Source: Bacteroidota bacterium
GTDB lineage: Bacteria > Bacteroidota > Bacteroidia > Bacteroidales > VadinHA17
Assembly: GCA_037127735.1 (NCBI GenBank)
Contig: JBAXXU010000005.1
Location: forward strand, 3,700 to 67,699
Reading direction: 5' to 3'
DNA: 64,000 bases
Numbering within the stretch: position 1 is the stretch's first letter; every line of letters begins with the position of its first letter. Positions 9,145 to 18,458 of the stretch are shown piece after piece. Under the pieces are notes generated by a model. The model was not told where the DNA came from and did no database searches. It saw only the letters and a list, made by a program, of their open reading frames with translations. The position numbers and the translations under genes are program-made.

Positions 9145-9741
9145 TTATTCCTTATAGAAAATATCCAATTCAGCAACTTTCCTTTTATAGTCAACCTTCC
9201 GGATTTTAACATTCATAATTTCTTTTCCTGTTATGCCGGAAATATCCTTTAGCAGTTTCTGCTTTTTATCAGGCTTAAGCATTTCCATATTTTCATAAGT
9301 TATTGTATATGACTCAGAATCGTACTTAACGAGGTACTTTTCCAATAGATATGCCGCTACAAGGATTATTACGTTTATGAGCAGCACCCCTAACATTGGG
9401 AATTTAAGCACCTTTAATGAATTAATCACTGAAATCCCGATGGTTGTAAATGTATATGCCATATCCTTGACACTGAAATTCCTTGTTCTTAATCTGAGGA
9501 TACCGAAAATGGCAAATAAGCCAAAAGCCATACCAATATCAACGAAAACTGTTCTCAACATAGAACTTATGAAGAATGTCATTATTCCCATAAGGAAAAA
9601 GGTAAATAAAAACTTCTCCTTCTTTGAGTATCTGAAATAAATAAGCCGGATAAGGATGAAAAGAAAAACAAGATTAATGCCAAACCTTACCATTATACCT
9701 AAAAAGGTTGGATTATTCAGACTAAAAAAACCATCAGGCAT
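9145..9741 (-). CDS. DUF4956 family membrane protein
   Basis: GMAFGLFAIFGILRLRT...KDMAY motif, several TM helices, C-terminal G.EI..VKI.KVD. Confidence 0.8.
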   Translation of the reverse strand: MPDGFFSLNNPTFLGIMVRFGINLVFLFILIRLIYFRYSKKEKFLFTFFLMGIMTFFISSMLRTVFVDIGMAFGLFAIFGILRLRTRNFSVKDMAYTFTTIGISVINSLKVLKFPMLGVLLINVIILVAAYLLEKYLVKYDSESYTITYENMEMLKPDKKQKLLKDISGITGKEIMNVKIRKVDYKRKVAELDIFYKE

Positions 9742-9759
9742 GATATGAATATTTTAGGG

Positions 9760-10836
9760 TTAAAAATTTTTACAACTATTCATTAATATTTCAACAATAA
9801 GATCTCTTCTTCCCTCTAATTTATCGAAAAATCCATCAAGATAATCAGTCATATCCTTTTTTGCCTGCCGATTTAAATATGGGAATTCATTGATTACCTT
9901 ATAAAACTCATCTTTCTTTGTTAAAAACATCTCCAACTCCTTTTGATATACTGCTTTACTGCGGCATACGCCCAGAAAAAGACGTTCACGTACGTTTTCG
10001 GTCCCAACAATTTCAGCAGGAATTGCATATGATGCATTCACCAGTCCGGTCCAGTCAAAATCGTATGGAATAGCCATTCCAAGCCCAAATGAACCATAAA
10101 CCAGCGATTTAATTACCAGCACATTATGCTGGCCCGGTAATGACCAATCATAATTCCCTATCATATAATTGAATATAGCTAACCTGTCCATCACCTTTGG
10201 AACGATACTTTTCTGGGTAAGAGTATGTGTTTTAATCTGAACTGTATTTGTTCTGGCAATTAACATTTCTACAGGCTCAAGGAAAAACCCATATTGCCTG
10301 ATTGGCTTTCTTTTCTTTTGTGTATCGATATAGTTAACCCTCAGTAATCTTACTCTGAAGCAGGTATCGGTGAGGACGTTAAATAGCTTATATGCCAGGT
10401 ACTCTCTAAGGACATAATCTTCATTCTCCTTTTCTGACCTGCATTGTGGAACAAGTTTAATTTTAGATATCTTATCCAGATCGGTATAGCCGAAATCGAC
10501 CTTTTTAAAGTTCAGTTCAATTGGAGGGAAAAAGCAATATTGATTGCGGAATATTCCACGGGTTCTCAATCTTATATTTCTATTTATTGAATCTGTTTTG
10601 CTTAAATGAAAGGTAATATTAGCTTTTAAATATTTATCCTGCGGTTTGGTTCTAAAATACGTGGAGAGGTCGAATTGCAAGGTTATCTCAATAATCTTAT
10701 CCTCCTCAAAAAGTCTGAAACTTTTTTTTGAGGAATCAGGAATTGCAGTTTGAGCCAGGGAAATAGAATTCTTGGCTATGAACAACGTAACAAGAAAAAT
10801 AACCATGTAATGTTGAAAGAATATTCCTTTTTTCAT
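9760..10836 (-). CDS. Secreted CotH-like atypical kinase-fold protein
   Basis: Signal peptide; RTRG..R, REYLAYKLF, FNYMIGNYDW, HN, IPYDFD resemble CotH-type kinase motifs. Confidence 0.55.
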   Translation of the reverse strand: MKKGIFFQHYMVIFLVTLFIAKNSISLAQTAIPDSSKKSFRLFEEDKIIEITLQFDLSTYFRTKPQDKYLKANITFHLSKTDSINRNIRLRTRGIFRNQYCFFPPIELNFKKVDFGYTDLDKISKIKLVPQCRSEKENEDYVLREYLAYKLFNVLTDTCFRVRLLRVNYIDTQKKRKPIRQYGFFLEPVEMLIARTNTVQIKTHTLTQKSIVPKVMDRLAIFNYMIGNYDWSLPGQHNVLVIKSLVYGSFGLGMAIPYDFDWTGLVNASYAIPAEIVGTENVRERLFLGVCRSKAVYQKELEMFLTKKDEFYKVINEFPYLNRQAKKDMTDYLDGFFDKLEGRRDLIVEILMNSCKNF

Positions 10837-11134
10837 ATCAGGTCAAATAACAAGAAGAAAGAATTTATAAATCAAGCAATCTGTTTAAAATTCGTCATAA
10901 ACAGATAAATAAGTAAGGTAAAGTTACTCAAAGAGAGATTTAAATCCTAAGATATATGTACCGACAAAATCAAATATTTGTAAATATATACTACAAATTT
11001 CAATTAAATTGTATATTTGTTATATAAAATTGTGAAGATCATACTGTTAATAAATTAACAGCAATATTATAATGAAGCTTTCACTATTTAGAATTATTGA
11101 TAAAGAGTTGTAGAATCTTAAATTTCTTTGCCCC

Positions 11135-13546
11135 ATGTCAAGCATAATTGCAGGTTATGAATACGACATCTTCATCAGCTACCGCCAGAAAGACAACAAA
11201 GGCGAAAGGTGGGTCAGTAAGTTTGTTGAGGCTCTGAAGATTGAACTCGAATCTACTTTTAAGGAGGAGGTGAGTGTTTATTTTGATATCAATCCTCATG
11301 ACGGGCTTTTGGAAACACACGATGTTGACGCCTCACTGAGAGAGAAACTTAAATGCCTGATTTTTATTCCAATTATTTCCCAAACCTATTGTGATTCAAA
11401 GTGTTTTGCCTGGCAATATGAATTTGTCGCATTTAACAAAATGGCAAAAGAGGACCGGTTCGGACGGGAAATAAAACTATTAAGCGGAAATGTGGCCAGC
11501 AGGATTTTACCGATTAAAATTCATGTCCTTGATCCCGATGATAATATTCTTCTGGAAAAGGAGCTTGGAGGTGTACTTCGAGGTGTAGAGTTTATATATA
11601 AGTCAGCTGGGGTTAACCGGCCATTGCGGGCCAATGAAGATCATCCTCAAGACAATTTAAATAAAACTTACTATCGCGATCAGATTAACAAGACAGCAAA
11701 TGCCGTCAAAGAGATTATTACTGCATTAAAAAAACATGACTCGCGTGACAGCGAAATTCCTAAATTCTCTTTTATACATAAGCATGAGAAGTCAATTAGT
11801 TTTAAAACAAAAATCTTTTTAATTTCTGTTATTATGCTGATAATGATAATATTGAGTTATTTATTGATCCCAAAATTGTCTGGATCAACCGAACCGGCTA
11901 CAATAAGAATCGCGGTGTTACCTTTTGATAATTTTTTCTCCGATAAGGATAAGAGTTACGAGTATTTAAGTGAATCCATACCCAACCGAATAAATGATCA
12001 ACTCAGAAGTGTTAAAGAGTTTACAGTTATTCCATATTATTTAACCCGAAAATACTACGGAAAGGATATACCTTCAAGGAAACAGATATGTAAGGAATGT
12101 AATGCTGATGTCCTTGTATATGGGCGAATTGAACTTTTAAATAATAATACAGATGCAGCTATTTCTATTCAATTAGCGAACAGAAGGAATAATTATCCTA
12201 CCTATCTAAATAAATTTGTAAATAAATTCGACTCTCTTCAGTCAAATGGATCAAAAATCAGTATTGAAATTGCTCAAAAATTACAGGTCTCTCTGTTACC
12301 TGAAGAAGTTAAAAATATTAAAACAGGTATCACAAAAAGCTCTGAAGCATATATGAACTATCTTTTAGCTAACTATCAGGATGAAACCTTGATGGGGAAG
12401 AGATACAATGATACTTCAACTTTTGAAATGGCAATTAAAATGTACGATAAAGCAATCAGGTCCGATTCGACTTTTGCATTAGCTTATGCAAGAAGGTCAA
12501 TCTCTCGCTCATGGGCCTATCGGACAGGATCAATGACTCAACCAGCCAATATTGAAAAATGCAGGGAGGATGCGGAAAGGGCTCTTAATCTGGATCCAAA
12601 ATTGGCAGAGGCACAAAATGCTTTTGGATTTTACTATTACTCTTGCAATGTTGACTATCAGAAAGCTCTTGAATCATTTAAGAAAGCTTCCGAATTAGAT
12701 TCCCGCGACTGGCAATCCATTTTTTATCAGGCAATGGTTTATCGAAGGATCGGGCAATGGATCAGGTCGCAGGCTCTTTTGACGAAAGTATTAAAGTATA
12801 ATCCTCAGGATCCATCTATCTTAACAAATATCGGTTTATCTTATTATTATCTCAGAAATTACGACTCTGCATTGATCTATCATAATCTGGCTATTAAGAT
12901 TGCACCAAACTGGTCAGCTCCCTATGTGAATAAGATTCTGGCCCTTATTCTAAAAAATGGAAGTACCCGGGAAGCAAGAATTACAATTGATTCTGCCTTA
13001 AAAAAAACAATCTATAAGTTTAAGAAATGGGAGATTTTACTCGATATCTATGATTCAAGATACGATGATGCCCTGCTTAAAACTGAACTTTCTGATCAGT
13101 CAGATTTTAATGACCAGGGTGACAAGTTACTGACTTATGGCATGATTCATAAATATTTAGAGCATATTGATATGGCGAGAAAATTATATGATTCTGCCAG
13201 AGTTTTTTATACTAAAAAATTGAAAGAGGATCCTGATAATGCATCAAACAATATTAAGATTGGTCTTGCCTATGCAGGGTTAAAAAACAGGTCGAATGCT
13301 GTCGAAGCCGGCATGAAAGCATTGAAACTTTGTACTGATGCTCTGACCAGAAATGATATTCTGATGGATCTGACGCAGATTTATTTAGCTGTTGGAGACT
13401 ACGAAAATTGCTTCCGACAGATAAATGATCTGTTAAAAAATCCATCCGACTTATCAATCAAACTTTTACAGCTTGATCCGGTATGGAAGCCGATACGAGA
13501 AAAACCTGAGTTTAAAAAAATTCTGACTGAATTTTCTGAAAACTAA
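11135..13546 (+). CDS. TIR-domain / TM helix / TolB_N-like / TPR-repeat protein
   Basis: YDIFISYRQKDN...AWQYEF (TIR, with Glu at the expected catalytic position); TM helix IFLISVIMLIMIILSYLLIP; IAVLPFDN; multiple TPRs; C-terminal DPVWKPIREKPEF. Confidence 0.8.
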   Translation: MSSIIAGYEYDIFISYRQKDNKGERWVSKFVEALKIELESTFKEEVSVYFDINPHDGLLETHDVDASLREKLKCLIFIPIISQTYCDSKCFAWQYEFVAFNKMAKEDRFGREIKLLSGNVASRILPIKIHVLDPDDNILLEKELGGVLRGVEFIYKSAGVNRPLRANEDHPQDNLNKTYYRDQINKTANAVKEIITALKKHDSRDSEIPKFSFIHKHEKSISFKTKIFLISVIMLIMIILSYLLIPKLSGSTEPATIRIAVLPFDNFFSDKDKSYEYLSESIPNRINDQLRSVKEFTVIPYYLTRKYYGKDIPSRKQICKECNADVLVYGRIELLNNNTDAAISIQLANRRNNYPTYLNKFVNKFDSLQSNGSKISIEIAQKLQVSLLPEEVKNIKTGITKSSEAYMNYLLANYQDETLMGKRYNDTSTFEMAIKMYDKAIRSDSTFALAYARRSISRSWAYRTGSMTQPANIEKCREDAERALNLDPKLAEAQNAFGFYYYSCNVDYQKALESFKKASELDSRDWQSIFYQAMVYRRIGQWIRSQALLTKVLKYNPQDPSILTNIGLSYYYLRNYDSALIYHNLAIKIAPNWSAPYVNKILALILKNGSTREARITIDSALKKTIYKFKKWEILLDIYDSRYDDALLKTELSDQSDFNDQGDKLLTYGMIHKYLEHIDMARKLYDSARVFYTKKLKEDPDNASNNIKIGLAYAGLKNRSNAVEAGMKALKLCTDALTRNDILMDLTQIYLAVGDYENCFRQINDLLKNPSDLSIKLLQLDPVWKPIREKPEFKKILTEFSEN

Positions 13547-13603
13547 AATATCATAAACAGACATTCAAGATCATTAACATCAAACCTAAAAAACAGTAAA
13601 ATT

Positions 13604-13876
13604 ATGGCAGCGAAAGCAAAACTTCCCCCAACGGGGGCATGGAGAATGGATCCTGCAACTCCGTCAGCAGTTTGTATTGCTTCAAATTATGCTACGGCAT
13701 CTCCACAGGGAAATCTGATAAATTTAGCCTTATTGAAATGGGCAGGGACATGTTCCGAGGCAAAAAATGTATATGAGAATACATGCTATCATGCTAATGT
13801 TGTTTTGATTGATGACGTTAAGGCAATAATCAATACACCACCCGACATAATAACACATCCTCATAAAACGGAATAG
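13604..13876 (+). CDS. 90-aa orphan protein; candidate radical-SAM substrate or RiPP precursor
   Basis: ATG with A at -3 in an A-rich Bacteroidota-style leader; fills the gap between the TIR gene and the B12-rSAM gene; no recognisable domain. Confidence 0.6.
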   Translation: MAAKAKLPPTGAWRMDPATPSAVCIASNYATASPQGNLINLALLKWAGTCSEAKNVYENTCYHANVVLIDDVKAIINTPPDIITHPHKTE

Positions 13877-13937
13877 GTTTTTTGACTTTTTTTGTTGTAT
13901 TCATCTGTTAAAAATTTGATTTTGTATTAGCCTGAAT

Positions 13938-14072
13938 TATTCATAAATATACTTAAAGTGCTCTTTCCCTTTGTGTTACTTTGTGATGTACTTTGTGTAC
14001 CTTCGTGGTAAAAAAATATTAAACACTAAGTCGCACAAAGGGTTACACAAAGGTTCACAAAGTTTATGAATA
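13938..14072. repeat. Palindromic ctttgtg/cacaaag repeat element
   Basis: Terminal IR tattcataaa/tttatgaata; left arm has 3 ctttgtg plus cttcgtg; right arm has cactaag plus 3 cacaaag. Confidence 0.7.
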
Positions 14073-14121
14073 GAAGAAGTTAGAACAATATAAAGTCCTG
14101 TTATCTTTATTTATAGTGGCA

Positions 14122-15717
14122 ATGCATACTTATCCTGTTGTTTTTGTTGCTTTTGAGGAATTTGATAACCTTGGAGTGGGATATCTGTCATCAGTTTTGT
14201 CTGATGCGGGATATGAATCTTCAGTAATTGATTTTACTGATAAAAAGGAAGATATTCTGCAAAAACTCAGAAAGAGGAAACCCCTGATTGTCGGATTTTC
14301 TGTAATATTTCAGAATCATATTTACGAATTTGAGGAGTTAATTCGCTATCTCAGAAAAGGTGGTATCACGAGTCATTTTACAGCAGGCGGGCAATATGCA
14401 AGTTTAAAATATGAAGATCTTTTTGAAATGATCCCGGCTCTTGATTCCATTGTAAGGTTCGAGGGTGAATATACTTTTCTTGAACTGGTAAATTGTATCA
14501 ATTCAGGAACAGATTGGAAGAACACTGCCGGTATTGTTTATCAAAATAACGGAATAATAATTCTCAATGCCCTTCGTCCGGTTGAAACTGACCTTGATAA
14601 ATTCCCTCTCCCCATGCGGTCGCTGCTCAAAGAATATGCTCTCAATAAAAAATTTGCAACTATTCTGGCAGGAAGGGGTTGTCTTAATAACTGTTCATTC
14701 TGTTATTTAAAAGAATATTATAAACAATCTTCCGGTCCCTATAAACGCATAAGAAAGCCTGAAAAAGTGGTTTGGGAAATGGAATTACTCCATAATGAAA
14801 TGGATTGTTCGGTATTCCTGTTCCAGGATGATGATTTTCCTGTAAAACCCAATAATAGTACGGAATGGATTGAAAAGTTTTGCAAAAAACTGCGGTCTAA
14901 GAAACTGAATGATAAAATAATGTGGAAAATAAACTGTCGTCCTGATGAAATAGATTATGACAGTTTTGCCCTGATGAAAAAGAACGGACTGTTTCTTGTT
15001 TTTCTTGGTATCGAAGATGGTACGGACACAGGACTGATTCGCATCAGGAAAAATATTAGTGTTTCAAAAATCCTCGAGGGAATAAATATCCTGAAGATGC
15101 TTGAAATAGGATTTGATTACGGATTTATGCTTTTCCAACCTTCATCAACCTTCAGGTCAGTAAATGATAATCTCGATTTCTTAAGGGAGATATGCAGTGA
15201 TGGCTTTTCTTCCGTCACATTCCTTAAAATGATGCCTTACTGTGCCACACCTGTCGAAAAAGAACTCGGAAATCAGGGAAGGTTGAAAGGGAAACCCGGG
15301 TTCTTTGATTATGATTTTTTTGATGAATCTCTGAATCATTATTATGAATTTACTGCAGACTGCTTTATGGAATGGCTTTTAGATTCAGATGGTCTGTTAA
15401 ATTTATCAAAATGGGCAAGGAATTATATTTCGGTTTACTCTCATTATTATGAATTTACTGAAGATATATCACTAATATCAAAAAATATTAAAAGTATAAT
15501 TTCTGAAAGTAACTTATTTATTCTTGATACCATGAAGGAACTTATTCCTATTTTTGAATCAGGGAAATTTAATAATGGCAACAATAAGAGCTTAAAGGGC
15601 TACAAGAAAAATATAACACTAAAACACCAGCAATACAGCGAAAAGGTCAGGAATAATATAATAAATCTGGTAGCTCATTTTGAGCTGCAAAAAATGACTC
15701 AATCCGTTTTTATCTGA
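14122..15717 (+). CDS. Cobalamin-dependent (class B) radical SAM enzyme
   Basis: B12-binding region (NLGVGYLSS, VGFSV, AGGQYAS, D.IVRFEGE); RGCLNNCSFC CxxxCxxC motif; FQDDDF; LGIEDG. Confidence 0.9.
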   Translation: MHTYPVVFVAFEEFDNLGVGYLSSVLSDAGYESSVIDFTDKKEDILQKLRKRKPLIVGFSVIFQNHIYEFEELIRYLRKGGITSHFTAGGQYASLKYEDLFEMIPALDSIVRFEGEYTFLELVNCINSGTDWKNTAGIVYQNNGIIILNALRPVETDLDKFPLPMRSLLKEYALNKKFATILAGRGCLNNCSFCYLKEYYKQSSGPYKRIRKPEKVVWEMELLHNEMDCSVFLFQDDDFPVKPNNSTEWIEKFCKKLRSKKLNDKIMWKINCRPDEIDYDSFALMKKNGLFLVFLGIEDGTDTGLIRIRKNISVSKILEGINILKMLEIGFDYGFMLFQPSSTFRSVNDNLDFLREICSDGFSSVTFLKMMPYCATPVEKELGNQGRLKGKPGFFDYDFFDESLNHYYEFTADCFMEWLLDSDGLLNLSKWARNYISVYSHYYEFTEDISLISKNIKSIISESNLFILDTMKELIPIFESGKFNNGNNKSLKGYKKNITLKHQQYSEKVRNNIINLVAHFELQKMTQSVFI

Positions 15718-15727
15718 AACATTAACC

Positions 15728-16358
15728 ATGGCAAGTATCATTGCAGGCTACGAATACGACATCTTCATCAGTTACCGCCAGAAAGACAACAAACACGATG
15801 GCTGGGTCACTGAGTTTGTAAATAATCTGAAAGGGGAAATTGAGGCAACATTCAAAGAAGATATCAGTGTTTATTTTGATATAAATCCTCATGATGGACT
15901 TTTAGAGACAAATTGAAGTGTCTGATCTTCATCCCTGTCATCTCTCAAACTTATTGCGACCCGAAAAGCTTTGCCTGGCAACATGAGTTAGTTATGTTTA
16001 ATAAAATGGCAAAGGAAGATCTGTTCGGACGCGATATAAAGCTTACCGGGCTTCAATTTAAACTTCTTAGTGATGAGTCGGATAAACAAATAGAATACTG
16101 TCAAAACAATCATATTATGACATTACTGGGGTATATGCTTTCATCGGGAATAAAGAAAAAGCTTATGAGAATTTAAGGCTCTTTAATCAGAAAAAAAGAA
16201 TGGAGCTATATAGAGTAACAATTATAAAACATGATCCTTTATTTAACAGTATAAGGAATGAACCAGAGTTTCAGCAAATCGTCAGAGATATAGAAGCTAA
16301 ATACCATGCTGATCATGAAAGGGTAAGAAAATGGCTCGAAGAAAATCAAATGTTGTAG
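15728..16358 (+). pseudogene. Decayed paralog of the TIR-TPR gene (frameshift plus large internal deletion)
   Basis: 15728-15916 and 15913-~16050 match the N-terminus of 11135 but lack the HDVDASLRE codons. A fragment at 16200-16358 (KHDPLFNSIRNEPEFQQIVR...) resembles the family C-terminus. TM, TolB_N and most TPRs are absent. Confidence 0.8.
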
Positions 16359-16437
16359 GAATATAAGACTTTCTGGTTTGATTATCAGGTAATGAGTAGT
16401 TCATATTAAAGGTCAGAATAATGGTATTACCAAAAAG

Positions 16438-16508
16438 TAACTTACTTGATATTAACTTACTAAATAGTAACTTAATATTTGATAAGTTATTAATTAATAA
16501 TACCTTTG
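16438..16508 (+). promoter_or_regulatory. Promoter (-33 TTTG 16478-16481, -7 TACCTTTG 16501-16508) overlapped by phased TAASTTA boxes
   Basis: taactta at 16438, 16453 and 16468, taagtta at 16483; exact 15-bp period. Confidence 0.65.
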
Positions 16509-16521
16509 CATAAAAAATGCT

Positions 16522-17655
16522 ATGGAAACACCATTTGTTTTCGGAAAAATTGCTTCAGATAAAAATTTTACAGATAGAAAAACTGAAACAGAAAGACTGG
16601 TTTCAAATTTCGTTTCATCTGTCAACACAATCCTGATATCCCCAAGAAGATGGGGTAAATCCTCACTTGTCGCAAAAGCAGCCGATATCTCTTCAAAGAA
16701 AAACAAAAACATAAGGTTCTGCTTTATTGATCTCAATAATGTGAGAACCGAAGAACAGTTTTATCAGCAACTTGCTACAAAGGTCTTAAATGCATCAGCA
16801 ACAAAAACCCGGATATTAATAGAGAATACCCGCCGATTTCTTGGAAAGTTTATTCCAAATGTAACCATCAGTCCTGATCCCGGGACTGAACTTAAACTGG
16901 GATTGGACTGGAAAGAGGTGAAAAAGCAACCTGATGATATATTGAATCTGGCTGAGAAAATTAGCACAGAAAACAAGCTGAAGTTTGTTATCTGCATTGA
17001 TGAATTCCAGAATATTTCTGAATTTGAAAGTCCTCTGGATATACAGAAGAAAATGAGATCGCACTGGCAAAAGCATAAAAATGTATCTTATTGTATTTAT
17101 GGTAGCAAACGGCACATGTTGATGGATGTGTTTACTTCGCCCTCAATGCCTTTTTATAAATTCGGAGATATCATCTTTCTCAGTAAAATTTCAAGAAATG
17201 ACTGGATTCCTTTCATACAGAAGCGATTTGCCGATTCTGGTAAAAAGATTGGACATAATGAAGCGGAACTAATTGCCGGCCTTACAGATTGTCATCCTTA
17301 TTATGTTCAGCAACTTGCCCAACAGTCGTGGCTAAGGACCGGCGCTGTCTGTTCAAGAGAAGTAATTGAGGAATCATTCCACGATCTGGTTCTGCAGTTA
17401 AGCATGCTTTTTCAGAACTTAACTGACAGATTGAATAAAACCCAGCTCAGCTTTCTTCAGGCTCTTACGGATAATATAAATCAATTGAGTTCCAAAAGTA
17501 CCATTCTGCAATATGGGCTTGGTACTTCAGCTAACGTTTTGAAAATAAAGAAAACGCTCATAAACAAAGAAATAATTGATATCAATGGGAATGAAATATC
17601 TTTTCTTGACCCTCTATATAAATTCTGGTTAAAAGAATATTTCTTTAACAGTTGA
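16522..17655 (+). CDS. AAA+/STAND-like 'archaeal' ATPase (ATPase_2 family)
   Basis: F.DR..E, Walker A SPRRWGKSS, Walker B ICIDEFQ, GSKRH, HPYYVQ, C-terminal wHTH-like region ending DPL.K.W. Confidence 0.8.
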   Translation: METPFVFGKIASDKNFTDRKTETERLVSNFVSSVNTILISPRRWGKSSLVAKAADISSKKNKNIRFCFIDLNNVRTEEQFYQQLATKVLNASATKTRILIENTRRFLGKFIPNVTISPDPGTELKLGLDWKEVKKQPDDILNLAEKISTENKLKFVICIDEFQNISEFESPLDIQKKMRSHWQKHKNVSYCIYGSKRHMLMDVFTSPSMPFYKFGDIIFLSKISRNDWIPFIQKRFADSGKKIGHNEAELIAGLTDCHPYYVQQLAQQSWLRTGAVCSREVIEESFHDLVLQLSMLFQNLTDRLNKTQLSFLQALTDNINQLSSKSTILQYGLGTSANVLKIKKTLINKEIIDINGNEISFLDPLYKFWLKEYFFNS

Positions 17656-17764
17656 TTTATAAAACAAGACATCCCAAAAGAACAAAGTAATCAGAGCCAC
17701 GGATTTTAATTTGTTCCATATTCAGGACTTTCCTAACTTTATCTCAACGAATAACTATCATCTT

Positions 17765-18385
17765 ATGCTTAATTTACTTAAACATCCGCTTCTTACCCAT
17801 AAACTTACAATTCTTCGGCGTAAGGAAACCGGTACCAAAGATTTTCGCGAAACACTCGATGAGATCGCAGGGCTGATGGCGTATGAGATAACACGGGATC
17901 TTCCGGTGAAAAACATCACGATTGAAACACCTTTGGGGAAATGCGATACCCAGGAGCTGGCAATGGATGTTGTTCTGGTACCGGTTTTAAGAGCCGGTCT
18001 GGGAATGGTAGATGGTATCTCAAATCTTATACCTACAGCAAGGATAGGCCATATCGGAATGTACCGCGATCATGTAACCCTTAATCCTGTTACGTATTAT
18101 TCAAAATTCCCTGACAATCTGTCTGAGGCTGTAGTTATGGTTCTCGACCCAATGCTTGCTACCGGGGGCAGCTCAACTGATGCTATCAGAGTTTTGAAAG
18201 AATGTGGTGCAAAAACTATTAAATTGGTTTGTATCGTTGGCGCTCCTCAGGGTGTGGAACGTATTACAATAGATCATCCTGATGTTCAGATATATCTTGC
18301 CGGACTCGATGAGAAACTCAATGAACAAGGATACATAGTCCCGGGGCTGGGCGATGCCGGCGACAGATTGTTCGGGACCAGATAA
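17765..18385 (+). CDS. upp: Uracil phosphoribosyltransferase
   Basis: HPL..HKL, VLRAGLGM, DPMLATGGS, YIVPGLGDAGDRLFGT. Confidence 0.95.
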   Translation: MLNLLKHPLLTHKLTILRRKETGTKDFRETLDEIAGLMAYEITRDLPVKNITIETPLGKCDTQELAMDVVLVPVLRAGLGMVDGISNLIPTARIGHIGMYRDHVTLNPVTYYSKFPDNLSEAVVMVLDPMLATGGSSTDAIRVLKECGAKTIKLVCIVGAPQGVERITIDHPDVQIYLAGLDEKLNEQGYIVPGLGDAGDRLFGTR

Positions 18386-18458
18386 ATGCCGTTGAACCGT
18401 TACGCTGTTGCAACGTCACGCCTAAACAATTTGTATCTTACATCTGTTTAATTAGGGT

